Shown: positions 16,738 through 27,880, counted from the stretch's first letter. The stretch is DNA of 64,000 nucleotides from an uncultured bacterium (GCA_963726455.1 CAVSCK010000002.1:61383-125382), one strand, 5' to 3'. A program made the numbers and translations. Notes: generated by a model from the letters alone, not told the origin.

Positions 16738-18429
16738 TTAGTTTTGCGCGGGGGCTGCCGGCTCAGCGCTTGGCGGTTCGGCCGGCTGCGTGACGCAGGG
16801 AATCGATACCGTAATCGTGGTGTTCGCTTGCGCCGCCGGGTCTACCACGATGGTTCCGCCGTGGTTGGCAACAATCCTTTTGCAGACTGTCAGGCCAAAT
16901 CCATGACCGTGTTCTTTGGTAGTGAAGCGCTCACGAAATGCCTTCTTGAGATTGTCAGGGCTGAAACCTGAGCCGTTGTCGATGACCGTGATCACGAACA
17001 AACCGGCCGGTTCATCGTAGCGCGTGGTAATGGCTATCGTACCGTCACGTCGCTCGGCTCCGATGGCTTCGCCGGCGTTGTTGAGTAGATTGTACAGAAC
17101 CTGCTGTAATTGTGCCGTGTCGACATAAACCTGGGGCAGGTTCGGGTCAAGACTGACGTCCAGCTTGATCAAACGGAACCGACGCTGGTGTGAGGCGAAG
17201 GTCACGATCTCGTTAATCATGCCGTTGAGATCAGCCATCTGACGCTTGGTGACCATCTTGCCGGCGTCCGAAAGCGACTTGGTGAAGTTCTCAAAACGGC
17301 TGAGATTGCGTTTGACGTTCTCCAGGTATTTGAGCGATTCTTCCGGAATCCTGCCTTCGCTTTTCATCTGGAACAGTTCGATGTTTGAAGCAACGATCGC
17401 GATGAAATTGTTCAGCTCATGGGCAATTTCCGAGGACATCATTCCCTGTGTTGCCGCGCGCTCAAGTCCGACGAGCCGGTCTTTGAAATCCTCCAGCCGC
17501 GTCATGGCATTTCGCGCCTCTTCGAACAAGACCATGTTGTCCAGCGAGATTGAACTCATGCTGAGAAGCACGGTCAGCAATTGACGATCCACTTCCTTGA
17601 CCGTGATTTCACGCTCACTCTTGATTGTGAGGATGAGTTTACTGTTCTCGGTAGCCGGAAGTGACGTCGACAGAAAATATCCATGCTGGCCCGCGAAGAC
17701 ATTCTCGATCTTGCCTGATTCAGATTCTTGCAGGAACTTCTTGAAGATGGGGTGCTCGCTGATATTGCCCAGGTGATGTGTTTCGGTGGCAGCCAGAGTG
17801 TCAGCCGGCAGGTCGCTGGCCATTGATTCCTCGGCCTCGAGAAAATTGGATTGGCGAATATTGTCGGACGAGACCGCGCGCAGAAGTTTCGATCGGCGAT
17901 CGAAATAGAGCACCGAGCCCTCTTTAAGGCCGAGATGGAAGAGGGCGAAGCCCAGTATGAGCTTGAGCAGTGATCGGCAGTCGCCGACTGTGTAGAGCGC
18001 GCTGGTAAGATCCGAAAGCTGGGACAATCCCTTGGAGCCACGCTTCTCCTGAAACTCACGACGTTTCTGCACGGCGGTGGTTACGGAGTGCCTGATCTCC
18101 TGAAGTTCGAACGGTTTCATGACATAATCGTAGGCGCCCGCGGCAATGGCTTTCTTGGCCGTTTCGACATCCGCATAGCCGGTCATGAATATGACTCCGA
18201 GTTCGGGGTCAAGCTCAAGTGCTTTTCGAGCCAGGGCGATGCCATCCATGTCGGGCATGCGAATGTCGGTCAGGAGAAAGTCAAATTTCTCGGACTCGAC
18301 CAGTCGCAATGCCTCCCCGGGGTTGGGGGTGGCGCTGATCTGACAGCCGACGGTAGAAAGCGCATCGGACGCAAAGTGCAGCACGATGTCTTCGTCATCG
18401 ACGATCAGAATTTTGACTTCATTAGCCAG
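16738..18429 (-). CDS. hybrid receiver-histidine kinase (REC + GAF-like linker + HisKA + HATPase); probable CTG start
   Basis: The frame stays open upstream of 18384 and gives KILIVDDE; TDIRMPDMDG; IAHELNN; NLLNNA, DNGSG, GHGFGL. Confidence 0.9.
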   Translation of the reverse strand: MANEVKILIVDDEDIVLHFASDALSTVGCQISATPNPGEALRLVESEKFDFLLTDIRMPDMDGIALARKALELDPELGVIFMTGYADVETAKKAIAAGAYDYVMKPFELQEIRHSVTTAVQKRREFQEKRGSKGLSQLSDLTSALYTVGDCRSLLKLILGFALFHLGLKEGSVLYFDRRSKLLRAVSSDNIRQSNFLEAEESMASDLPADTLAATETHHLGNISEHPIFKKFLQESESGKIENVFAGQHGYFLSTSLPATENSKLILTIKSEREITVKEVDRQLLTVLLSMSSISLDNMVLFEEARNAMTRLEDFKDRLVGLERAATQGMMSSEIAHELNNFIAIVASNIELFQMKSEGRIPEESLKYLENVKRNLSRFENFTKSLSDAGKMVTKRQMADLNGMINEIVTFASHQRRFRLIKLDVSLDPNLPQVYVDTAQLQQVLYNLLNNAGEAIGAERRDGTIAITTRYDEPAGLFVITVIDNGSGFSPDNLKKAFRERFTTKEHGHGFGLTVCKRIVANHGGTIVVDPAAQANTTITVSIPCVTQPAEPPSAEPAAPAQN

Positions 18430-18841
18430 AGTGCTGAACCTCTGTTGTCGCCTTGTGGCGAGCTGCGGCTATATCTTCAATCTTATTCATCAGGTTTCTA
18501 AGTTCGGTCAGGTCAAACGGCTTGCAAATCACCGCGACCACGCCTTCCTGCGCTGCGGCGTCAGCCAGCTTGTCGGGATAGCTGTCCGTCATAACAATCA
18601 TTGTATCCGGGGCCATATGGCGAATCTTGCGGGCAGTTATGAGGCCGTTCTGGCGGGGCATATGCATGTCGGTGATAACCAAATCGTACTTGTTCTTTCC
18701 GAACATCGTCACCGCCTCGATACCGTTCGGCGCCTTGTCCACTTCGTAGCCGTCGTTGTAGAGTACTTCCGCCAGCAGATCGCGCATGATCTCGGTGTCA
18801 TCCACCACCAATATTTTGCTCACCAGCCGAGTCTTCATCAA
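18422..18841 (-). CDS. single-domain response regulator
   Basis: KILVVDD, TDMHMP, KPF. Confidence 0.92.
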   Translation of the reverse strand: MMKTRLVSKILVVDDTEIMRDLLAEVLYNDGYEVDKAPNGIEAVTMFGKNKYDLVITDMHMPRQNGLITARKIRHMAPDTMIVMTDSYPDKLADAAAQEGVVAVICKPFDLTELRNLMNKIEDIAAARHKATTEVQHSG

Positions 18842-19200
18842 TTTCCCAGGGCCTTCGTCACGGAATTGCGAATTTGCGAGATCGAAAATGGTTTCTTCAG
18901 GAAATCGGCAGCGCCGGCGCGAATGCAGTCTGACGCTGTCTCCAGCGAGGCGTACCCGGTGATAACAATAACCTGGAGGTCCTGCTTCATCTCCTTGGCG
19001 CGCCGCAATAATTCCAGTCCGTCCATCTGCGGCATTTTCAAGTCAGTGATGATTACGGAAACGTTGCTACCCTGCAGAATCTGCAATGCCTCTTCACCAT
19101 CCTTTGCGCCCAGCGGCTCATAGGAGGCGAAGACTTCAAGCAGGAAATCCCGCATCACCTCTTCATCGTCCACAATGAGAATTTTCCCATGTTGCGTCAT
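18838..19200 (-). CDS. single-domain response regulator
   Basis: KILIVDDE, TDLKMPQMDG, ITGY, KPF. Confidence 0.93.
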   Translation of the reverse strand: MTQHGKILIVDDEEVMRDFLLEVFASYEPLGAKDGEEALQILQGSNVSVIITDLKMPQMDGLELLRRAKEMKQDLQVIVITGYASLETASDCIRAGAADFLKKPFSISQIRNSVTKALGN

Positions 19201-19241
19201 AAGGGGCTTTACCTTGTCTCGAACAAGACGTAGTTCGTCAG

Positions 19242-20892
19242 TTAAGCTGTAATTTCAACCTTCTCTTTTACAATCGGTAAAACGACCGTAAAAGTTGAGC
19301 CCACGCCGATCGTCGATTCGACTTTAATATCGCCGCCGTGGTCTCGCACGATTCCATAGGAGACCGCCAGACCCAGGCCGGTACCCTCTCCAACCTTCTT
19401 CGTAGTGAAGAATGGCTCGAAGATCTTACCGACGTGCTCCTTGGGAATGCCCGATCCGGTGTCCGTAAACAGAATTGCCACGGCTCCACTAAATTCGCCA
19501 ACTGGTTGTTGCAGAAGCGTCTGCACGCGCAGTTCGCCACCCTCGGACATGGACTGCATGCTGTTGATGATGATGTTGGTAAATACCTGCTGGAGCAGGT
19601 TCGCGTTGCCAAAGATATGTGGCAGATCGGGTTGCAGCTGTTTGTAAAGATGAATGTCCTTCATCCTCAGCTGATGCGAGGTAAACAGGAAGATCTCTTC
19701 CAGGGCCGCGTTGACATCTACCAACTCAAATTCAATCGTGGTGGATGACCGGCTGAACTTGAGCAGGTTCTTGACGATCATCTTACAGCGACGTGCCTGT
19801 AATTCTATGTCCGACAAGTACCTGGAGAATGCAGTGACGTCCGTGGCCGCCAATTGACCTGACTGAACCTTCTCCAGCGCGAATTGTGCATAGCCGAGTA
19901 TTCCACCAAGCGGATTGTTAAGTTCGTGCGCAACTCCGGCGGCGAGTTGGCCAACCGCGGCCATCTTTTCCGACTGAATGACCTGTTGCTGAACCTCTTC
20001 GAGCTTCTGAGTCCGCTCATGCACCATCAACTCAAGGTTTTGGTTGTGCAGCTCAAGTTCTTTCTGTGTCTTGGCGAGCGAGTCGCACATGGTGTTGAAG
20101 GCGTGCGCCAGTCGTTCCAGTTCCTGATCGGTCTCCACGTGAACGCGCTGAGAGAGATCACCGGAAGCGATTCTCTCGGTGGCATCAACCAGCGTGTTGA
20201 TGGGACTGGCAATCATCTTGACCAAAGTCACGGAGAGAAGAATACCGAGCATGACCAGCAGGAGAGTGAAGAAGACGATCATCTGCGTCGTCTCGGCGAT
20301 CTTCGCGATCGTTTCCTGCATGCTCAAACCGACGTGAACGTAGCCGATGGTTTCGGACTTGCTACCGGCATCACTCTGTTTTGAAATCGTTGAGCCAAGT
20401 TCTTCCTTGGAAATACTTGATGTCTGAGTCAGGACCGGGCTGAAAAATTCGACGTAATCGGTGCCGTCCGGCAGTTTGCATTTCCAGGACTTTACTTCCC
20501 CCGGTTCTATTAAGATCGGTTTGGAGAAATCGATTTCGTCGCCCTTGAGACAGATGTTGGTGGAATCAACATCGCCGCGCTCTGCACTTGGTGAGCAGCG
20601 AGCCCGACTTGGTGTATATTTCGGCAAAAAGAATATCTTTGTCGCTGAGGAGCCCCTGAACCAGGCCGTCCAATTCGGTCGAGTTCTCCAACATGACGCC
20701 GAACTCTGCATTTATGGCCAGATTGCGTACGAGGGAATTGCCACGACGCTGCAAGGCCTCCATTGCGGAATCAGAGAATTGCCCAATCATGAAGAACGAG
20801 AGCAGTATCGAACTCGCTAGCAGCAGAACGCTGACGCCCAATATCAACCGCCATTTCAGGCCCATCGAGGCAGTGAGACGCTTTATGTCCAT
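19242..20892 (-). CDS. membrane HAMP sensor histidine kinase (NtrB-like), with one frameshift near 20575
   Basis: N-terminal TM segment MDIKRL...LILGVSVLLL lies in a different frame from the second TM, HAMP, AHELNNPL and FEPFFTTK..GEGTGLGL; ATG 20892 overlaps the upstream TAA. Confidence 0.88.
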
Positions 20893-21852
20893 TAGTACGT
20901 CTCCTTTGCCACGCTGACCATCTCCGGCGGCAGAACCAGATTCAAGAGTTTGCTGGACTTGAGATTCAGGTAGAGATAAATGATATCGGGAACGCTTGGC
21001 TTGGTCTTGCTGGGATCGGCGCCGTCGATGATTCGCAGACGCAATTTCGCCGGCCTGACGACCGACGTATTTATAGTCCGCTTCCAAACAGAAGAGCGCG
21101 CCGCTCTCGACGAAAGTTTGATTGAATCCCATCACGGGGATTCGATTTCGCAGAGTCTCCAATAATGTGTAGCGGACAAACTGCGGCGTCGAGAGTTCTT
21201 CGTCGGCGACCGTCCAGATACCCTCCACGGAACGGCAGAGACTGTCGATCGCCTCCGGGAGCTGCTTGGCGCTGACAATCTTGTAAGCAACGAGTTGCAG
21301 TCCCAGCTGGGTTGCGGCTTTCTTTGCCTCCTCGACAAGTCGGCGGGTATTCTCGGTGTAGATGACTCCAACCTTCTTCATGTTGGGAATCATTGACACG
21401 AATTTACGGAGCTGCAGGTCCGCCGGAATGTCCAGCGCCGCGCCGGTGACATGACGCCCGGGAAGATCCCATGACTGAATGAAGCCCGATTCAATCGGAT
21501 TGAGAACTTTGGCAAACACGATTGGCAGCTGAGGAAATGCCCGGTCGGCAAACTGAGTGGCGCTCGTGCCGATCGTGACCAAAAGATCAGGCCGGCTGGA
21601 CTCGATGGCCTGTCTTTGAGATGCCTCGGAATCGGAAAGGAAGTACTGCCTTATCTCGCTGACTTTCTGTGACTCCTTGAGAGTTTGCTCCAGACCTGCC
21701 AGCGTGCGCAAAGTATGTTTGGTGGAGTCACTGTAGATGATCGCAACTTGAGGAGCGGCCAGCAATTCCAGAGGCATTACCGCCAATAGCAGTGCTGCAA
21801 TCAGCACAGCGCTTCTTGACATTACGCCTCTCGTCTCTATTGCCGGCATCAT
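20892..21852 (-). CDS. periplasmic ABC-type substrate-binding protein (ABC_sub_bind family), with one frameshift near 21040
   Basis: Signal peptide; PDLLVTIG, PIVF, VTG, VGVIY, VGRQAGEIA; the shifted frame continues LRIIDGADPS...LYLNLKSSKLLNLVLP...ETY-stop, the usual end of this family. Confidence 0.85.
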
Positions 21853-22025
21853 TTGAACTCCGTCGGCGACAAGAAGCGCAGGATTCGACAGCAGCAGACT
21901 TGGTCGAAGGTCACGCGTGTGAGATTCTCCGTTAGAAATGGCTCTGCAAAATTTGGCTTTGGCAAAATCAGACCTGACTTAATGGTTACCGAGTCCGCAC
22001 CAATAACTAATTTCTGCTAAGAAAG

Positions 22026-22052
22026 TTATCGGAAGCTTGTTGATTGGCTTTA
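22026..22052 (-). promoter_or_regulatory. sigma28 (FliA/WhiG)-type promoter
   Basis: Minus strand TAAA-N15-TCCGATAA versus consensus TAAA-N15-GCCGATAA. Confidence 0.6.
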
Positions 22053-22264
22053 CCTTGCGGCAGCCCAAATGATTCAAACTTAAACTGAAAAATCGCGATC
22101 TGAGAGTGAGTGTGGTTGAGCGTGGGGGAATGATCCTAATTCGAAACACCGACTGATTCAAAAAGAATCATTCGTTCGCAGAGCGGCGAAGCGCTCATCA
22201 CCCCTACAGCTCTGGCGACCAGTCCCTGCAAGGGTTAATCCCAAAAAAAGGATTACGAATCGGG

Positions 22265-22291
22265 TTAAAAATGCCTGCTACATTCCGACAC
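22265..22291 (+). promoter_or_regulatory. possible sigma28-type promoter
   Basis: TTAA-N15-TCCGACAC, just upstream of the structured leader. Confidence 0.35.
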
Positions 22292-22306
22292 TTATAGAAG
22301 AAAGAA

Positions 22307-22440
22307 AGTCAGCAAACGAAGTGGCCCAGACATAAGTCACTATGCGAACCGATCCCCTTAGAGGGGTCAAAGGCACTTCGTGAGCTTGGACTGGTGATCG
22401 CGAGGAAATGCCGAGGTCTTTCGGATTTCAGCGCGCGCGA
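22307..22440 (+). promoter_or_regulatory. candidate structured 5' leader RNA
   Basis: ACGAAGTG(22316)/CACTTCGT(22374) stem enclosing two small hairpins; second stem TCGCG..GAAAT.CCGA/TCGG-ATTTC..CGCGA. Confidence 0.35.
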
Positions 22441-22474
22441 CTGAATGGAACTATACAGAGTCGGAGGTTGCTTC

Positions 22475-25135
22475 TTGAATCACAAGAGTTCGGTTCTTGC
22501 AGGAGTCCTGACAGTCACTCTCCTGTTTACGGCGGTAACGCTGTATGGAGGCACTGCGGGCAAGATTGCCGGTACCGTGCGGTCCGCCGCGACAGGTGAG
22601 CCGTTACCGGGCGCTACCGTGTCGGTACTGGGCAAGTCGATCGTAACGGTCACGGACATTGATGGGGAGTTTTACCTGATAAACTTGCCCGTAGCCAACT
22701 ATGACATCGGCGTAGAGCTGATTGGCTATCGCCCCGAGAAACGAGCAAGCGTCAAGGTTCTTCTTGATCTCACCACGCCCTTGGAGGTTACTCTCGAGCC
22801 GACCACTATGGCGATCGACACCTTCGTGACGGTGGTTGCTGAACGTCCTCTGATTCAGAAGGACGTGACCGCGTCGGTGGAAACGATCACCAAGGAAGAA
22901 CTGGCGACTCTGCCTAATGCCAGAAATGTCGGCGACGTCCTGTTGCAGATGGCCGGGACGGTGGCTGACTCCGACGGACGGCTTCATGTCCGCGGCGGTC
23001 GTAACGGGGAAGTGACCTATTACTTTGACGGCATGCCGGTGCAAGACCAGTTCGCCGGATCGCTGGGAACGCGAATTACGCCGGACGCGCTGGAAGAAGT
23101 CAACCTCGCCAGCGGCGGTTTTACGGCCGAATATGGTGAGGCACTGTCCGGAGTCGTCAACGTCCTGACGCAAGAAGGCACCGATACCTACAGCGGTAAG
23201 CTGAAGCTCACGGACGGAATGACGCGGACATACGACGTTTACAATGGAGAATACCGGAACCTTAAGCGCACGCACAACAATTACGGCGTGTTCAATTTGG
23301 CGGGTCCGATTCCGGCTGTCAAGAGCGATAAAGCAAGCTTCTTCAACTCTGTCGAATACATACATGACGGCGGCTATTTCCCGCACAACTCGCTGACCGA
23401 CTGGACGATCACCTCCAAACTTTCCATGCAACCCATCCAGCGGTTGAAACTGACCGTTTCCTCCAGCTATTTCCAGCAGCAGATGCAGCGGTTCGAACAT
23501 CGTGATCTAAATGGCTATTCGTATGATTTCGCCCTTGGTAATTCCGGACTGATCAAGAGCAGTGCGTTTCGGTTAGGCGCCAAAGCAACCTGGCAACTAT
23601 CGGCGAACGCAATGCTGACCCTCAGAGCGGGATTCTTCGACACCAAGAGCAAGCTGGCGCCGGACAAACTATTCGACACCTACTGGGACAAGTGGCCGGG
23701 ATATTCGGTTGATTCGAACGGCCTGTACAACGGCACCGTCCAGTACAACTATCGTACCGACTCAACATACTTGAATAGCGGATTCGTAAACGACACACTG
23801 TTCTATCCTTACTATCTGAATCGCGAATCCTCCTACAATTCCTTCGGATTTGACGTGATGTCTCAGCTCAGCAAGTACCATTTGGTGGCAATCGGAGCTG
23901 AGTACCGCAAGAATCAACTGCTTTGGGACAACAAGCAGTTCTTTAATGTCAGGCCATACGGCGAGAAATACGACGTCGAGCCGGCTTATGCCGCCGCCTA
24001 CGCCCAGGACAAAATTGAACTTGGGTACTTGATTATCAACGCCGGCTGGCGAGTGGATTATCTGAATGCCAAGATCGCGTACTGGGATGATCCCGCCAGG
24101 AAGACCACGCGACTCAGTTCAAAGAGCAAGTTGCACTTCTCGCCGCGCTTAGGGTTCTCGCATCCAGTTTCGGACAGAACTCTGTTCCATGCAAACTACG
24201 GTTTCTATTACCAGGTGCCCAGATATCCTCTCATGTTTACGAACCTGCAGGGTGATTTGTCTACCGGCTATCCCATCGTGGGCAATCCGGACATGGAACC
24301 CGAAAAAACAGTATCGTACGAGTTTGGCGTAACGCAGCAAATAGCCGAGGACACTCGGTTTACAGCGACGACTTATTATAAGGACGTCTCCAACCTAGTA
24401 TCCAGCGAGCAAGTGTTTTATGGCGCCTCAACCTACACGCTTTATCACAACGGCGACTATGGTTCGGTCAAGGGGCTGGATTTGGTATTTACCAAGCGCG
24501 GCAACGCACGCCTCTCCGGCTCCGCGAACTACTCATATATGATTGCCGAAGGGAATTCTTCCGACGCCAATGAATTCTATTACAACTATTTCACGGTTGG
24601 AGATAACGCGCCGCCGGTACCGGTTCAGAAATATCCGTTGTCGTTTGATCAACGACACACGTTGTCGGTGAATGTCGACTATCGATTCGGGCGCAATGAT
24701 CGTCCGCGGATTTTCGGTTATCGCCTGCCAGCGGCCTGGGGCATGAGCACCTTGATTACTTACGGTAGCGGCATGCCATACACGAAGACTGACCAGAAAG
24801 GGATGCGGATGGGTGGACTCAACGAAGGCAGAATGCCGGCGACCTATCGCGTCGACTTACGCTTCGACAAGGACTTCTATTTCACGAAGAAAGACTTATC
24901 AAAGCTTCGGCTGTTTGTCGAAATCAACAATCTGTTTGACCGCCGCAACGTCACGACGGTGTACACGCGCACCGGTCTGCCGAACGATGATGGTTTCGAT
25001 TACGCTCTGGCAGCCACTCAACAGGATCCAGTTACGGCGAGCCGCGTCAATGCGCTGCATCGCCTGCTGGCCAGGAATCCGCAGAATTATGATCCGCCGA
25101 TCAGCGTGCAATGGGGGTTGGAATGGATGTTCTAA
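22475..25135 (+). CDS. TonB-dependent receptor
   Basis: TTG start after GGAGG; GKIAGTV...EPLPGATV; HVRGGR; GGFTAEYGEALSGVVN; SPRLGFSHP; terminal WMF. Confidence 0.92.
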   Translation: MNHKSSVLAGVLTVTLLFTAVTLYGGTAGKIAGTVRSAATGEPLPGATVSVLGKSIVTVTDIDGEFYLINLPVANYDIGVELIGYRPEKRASVKVLLDLTTPLEVTLEPTTMAIDTFVTVVAERPLIQKDVTASVETITKEELATLPNARNVGDVLLQMAGTVADSDGRLHVRGGRNGEVTYYFDGMPVQDQFAGSLGTRITPDALEEVNLASGGFTAEYGEALSGVVNVLTQEGTDTYSGKLKLTDGMTRTYDVYNGEYRNLKRTHNNYGVFNLAGPIPAVKSDKASFFNSVEYIHDGGYFPHNSLTDWTITSKLSMQPIQRLKLTVSSSYFQQQMQRFEHRDLNGYSYDFALGNSGLIKSSAFRLGAKATWQLSANAMLTLRAGFFDTKSKLAPDKLFDTYWDKWPGYSVDSNGLYNGTVQYNYRTDSTYLNSGFVNDTLFYPYYLNRESSYNSFGFDVMSQLSKYHLVAIGAEYRKNQLLWDNKQFFNVRPYGEKYDVEPAYAAAYAQDKIELGYLIINAGWRVDYLNAKIAYWDDPARKTTRLSSKSKLHFSPRLGFSHPVSDRTLFHANYGFYYQVPRYPLMFTNLQGDLSTGYPIVGNPDMEPEKTVSYEFGVTQQIAEDTRFTATTYYKDVSNLVSSEQVFYGASTYTLYHNGDYGSVKGLDLVFTKRGNARLSGSANYSYMIAEGNSSDANEFYYNYFTVGDNAPPVPVQKYPLSFDQRHTLSVNVDYRFGRNDRPRIFGYRLPAAWGMSTLITYGSGMPYTKTDQKGMRMGGLNEGRMPATYRVDLRFDKDFYFTKKDLSKLRLFVEINNLFDRRNVTTVYTRTGLPNDDGFDYALAATQQDPVTASRVNALHRLLARNPQNYDPPISVQWGLEWMF

Positions 25136-25199
25136 AGCATGAGTTTGAGGCGGAGATGACCATAGGTAACCAGGCCGCTGGTGTTTCGGAGGAATGCTC

Positions 25200-27860
25200 A
25201 TGAATGTTAAATCATTAAAGATCGCACTGCTCCTGGCGGGCGCGCTGATTTGCGCAAGCGCAATACCTGCGCTTGCGGCACAGATGAAAGTCAGTACGCC
25301 GGCGCCGGAAGTACAGGACATTGCCGTCCAGGACAAAGGCAATATCGCCACCACCGTGTCCAACTGGGGTCTGATCGGCGGTTTGCGCGAGTACGGATTT
25401 CCGTCGGGCGAATGGCCGAAAGGATCGGGCCACAATTATCTCGCCGAATTGAAATACTGGATGGGAGCAACTCGTACGAGCGGCGATACGTTACTGGCCT
25501 GCACGGAGAACGACTTCACGCCCATACCGTCGATCGTTTCGGGAACCGAATCGTATCAAATCCGATTGTCAACGGACACCACGCGCTTCGAATATGATCC
25601 GACAGATACGGTGGGTGCGGGCGTCGGCCGGCCGGCTTATGGCTGGCGGGTATGGAATCCGGAAACGCAGACCTGGGATTACAATCAGGTCTGGGACAAT
25701 CAATCTCAGTCATACGTAAACGGCGGCCCGGCTTCGCTCCAGGAAAGTTTCTATCGGTTTGACGACGCCGGACTGGGTGTCCCGCTACTCGGTCTGCAAA
25801 TGACTCAGACCATTTACCAGTGGAACTACAGCTACAACCAGGATTTCCTGTTTGTGGTGCTGCAGATCACGAACAACAGCCAGTACGACTACAATGATTT
25901 TGCGTTCGGTCTGTACTGCGATTTCGATATCGGCGGCCCTGATGGCACGGGCGAAAACGGGCGCCTTGGCGATCTGGTGAAAATGGACAGCTCGCTTAAC
26001 CTGGCGTGGACATACGACGCCGATGGTTACGATCCGGGTTGGGGGCCTTCGGTGACTACCGGCCTGATGGGGACACGTTATATCGAAACTCCCGACAACA
26101 TCGGCATGACGGCGTTTCGCACGGGTCTCTGGGAAGAACAGCCGCAGGAGCAGAAGGACCGGTACCATTTTATCTCAGCGCATCAGTATGACAGATCGTT
26201 GCCGCCGGGTGACCAATACTATCTCCAGTGCACCTCCGGCATCAACCTTCAGCGCGGCAAAACCATCCGCATCGGGTTTGCCCTGATAGCAGGTTTCGAC
26301 GAAGTCGATTTCCGGGCGAAATCCCAGATGGCTCAGGCAGTGTATAGCAATCACTTTCTCGGTCCGGAACCGCCGCAACCGTCAAAGTTGACGATTGTTC
26401 CGGGTGACCGGCAGGTGAAACTGTCCTGGAACCGCGCCGCCGAGCTGAGCGTCGATCCGATGAGTAATTCTCAGGACTTCGACGGCTACAAGATCTATCG
26501 CTCGACCGACAAGGGAATAAGCTGGGGCAGACTGGAACGCCATCCAGACGGCAGCACCGGTCCTGATTACGTGCCGATCGCAATCTGGCGCGTTGATGGT
26601 CCGTCAGGGCCGATACCGCATACCTTCGTCGACACCTCACTGACCAACGGTTTCGAGTATTGGTATTCCGTGGTTGGATTCGACAAGGGTGACACATCCT
26701 CCGGCGTCGGCGTACTGCAGACGGCTTATGGCCAGCCGGCCAAGGATGTCAATGCCGCCTCGGCTGTGCCTCGCACTGATCCGGCCGGCTATTACGAGAT
26801 ACAGAAGACACTGGTTCACGAAACGGCGGGCGGTGGCAACATCTCGGACGGAAGATTGGTGGCCGACTTGTTCGATCCCTCGAAGTTGACGGGACAGGAT
26901 TACAGGATCGGCTTTGTTGAAGATCCGGTGGCCACCAGTTGGTTCGTTGTCAATCGTACCACCGGCGATACGCTGGCCAAAGATATCACGGATCAATCGG
27001 GTGACGTGAAGACGGCGCCGATCGCTGACGGCGTGCGCCTGTTGATGTTCAACGGCGAACGGTGGCCGTCGCGATTCGCGCAGGTGGCGATGGGCGCGGG
27101 CACTGACACAACAGTACATCTGGGATACATCTATGGACCAATCGGAGATGTTTTCGGCTGGCCGCTGGGTGGTGATATACATTTCCGCTCAACGTATCAG
27201 TTGCGGTTCACGGCGGGCGGTTCCGAGGGTTATTCGATCTACGACGATGTTACTCCCATCCACCTTCCGTTTGAAATATGGAATACGACGACGAACGAAC
27301 AGGTGATCGCTGAGATCTATCATCAGGATCCGGCGACTCCAGCGTGGGATCCACGCAATCGTGATTACATAACAGTCGTGGATTTCCCCTATGACGGCGT
27401 CGCGCATCCCGAGGCGTTTCCGTACTACCATTCGTGGTTCTTCCGCATCGGGACGTCCGATACCAACTATACTGCCGGCGACGTTTTACAGATTGACGGT
27501 GCGCCGCTAAACGGAGCGAACGACGTGTTCGTTTATCAGGCGCCGGGCATCGACCAGAATGCGGCTGCCGCCGCACTCGATCAGATCAGGGTCGTGCCCA
27601 ATCCCTATATCTCCAGGGCGTCGTGGGAATTGGTTGAAGGCGAACGTCGGCTGGAATTCACCCACCTTCCGGACAGAGCAACTGTCCGCATCTACAACCT
27701 CGCGGGCGATCTCGTCCAGACATTGCAGCACGAAGGCAGCGGAACCTATGTATGGAATATGCTGTCGTCGAACGGTCAAGGGATTGCGCCGGGGTTATAT
27801 TTCTACCACGTCGACTCTGAGGTTGGCACCCGGGTTGGCAAGTTTGCGGTAATCAAATAG
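25200..27860 (+). CDS. large secreted protein with FN3-like segment and T9SS/FlgD-like C-terminal domain
   Basis: Signal peptide; PGDRQVKLSW, DFDGYKIYRS, YWYSVVGFD; C-terminal IRVVPNPY...IYNLAGDLV...W...GLYFYHV...GKFAVIK. Confidence 0.85.
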   Translation: MNVKSLKIALLLAGALICASAIPALAAQMKVSTPAPEVQDIAVQDKGNIATTVSNWGLIGGLREYGFPSGEWPKGSGHNYLAELKYWMGATRTSGDTLLACTENDFTPIPSIVSGTESYQIRLSTDTTRFEYDPTDTVGAGVGRPAYGWRVWNPETQTWDYNQVWDNQSQSYVNGGPASLQESFYRFDDAGLGVPLLGLQMTQTIYQWNYSYNQDFLFVVLQITNNSQYDYNDFAFGLYCDFDIGGPDGTGENGRLGDLVKMDSSLNLAWTYDADGYDPGWGPSVTTGLMGTRYIETPDNIGMTAFRTGLWEEQPQEQKDRYHFISAHQYDRSLPPGDQYYLQCTSGINLQRGKTIRIGFALIAGFDEVDFRAKSQMAQAVYSNHFLGPEPPQPSKLTIVPGDRQVKLSWNRAAELSVDPMSNSQDFDGYKIYRSTDKGISWGRLERHPDGSTGPDYVPIAIWRVDGPSGPIPHTFVDTSLTNGFEYWYSVVGFDKGDTSSGVGVLQTAYGQPAKDVNAASAVPRTDPAGYYEIQKTLVHETAGGGNISDGRLVADLFDPSKLTGQDYRIGFVEDPVATSWFVVNRTTGDTLAKDITDQSGDVKTAPIADGVRLLMFNGERWPSRFAQVAMGAGTDTTVHLGYIYGPIGDVFGWPLGGDIHFRSTYQLRFTAGGSEGYSIYDDVTPIHLPFEIWNTTTNEQVIAEIYHQDPATPAWDPRNRDYITVVDFPYDGVAHPEAFPYYHSWFFRIGTSDTNYTAGDVLQIDGAPLNGANDVFVYQAPGIDQNAAAAALDQIRVVPNPYISRASWELVEGERRLEFTHLPDRATVRIYNLAGDLVQTLQHEGSGTYVWNMLSSNGQGIAPGLYFYHVDSEVGTRVGKFAVIK

Positions 27861-27880
27861 CTGGGAAACAGGAGGCAGCA

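Noticed and set aside
20566-21852. 428-aa binding protein-kinase fusion in the ORF track
   Set aside because: It is produced by a frameshift near 21040; the natural C-terminus and stop exist in another frame.
21860-22440. Cobalamin, TPP or c-di-GMP riboswitch upstream of the TonB receptor or sensor operon
   Set aside because: The required consensus elements were not found on either strand.
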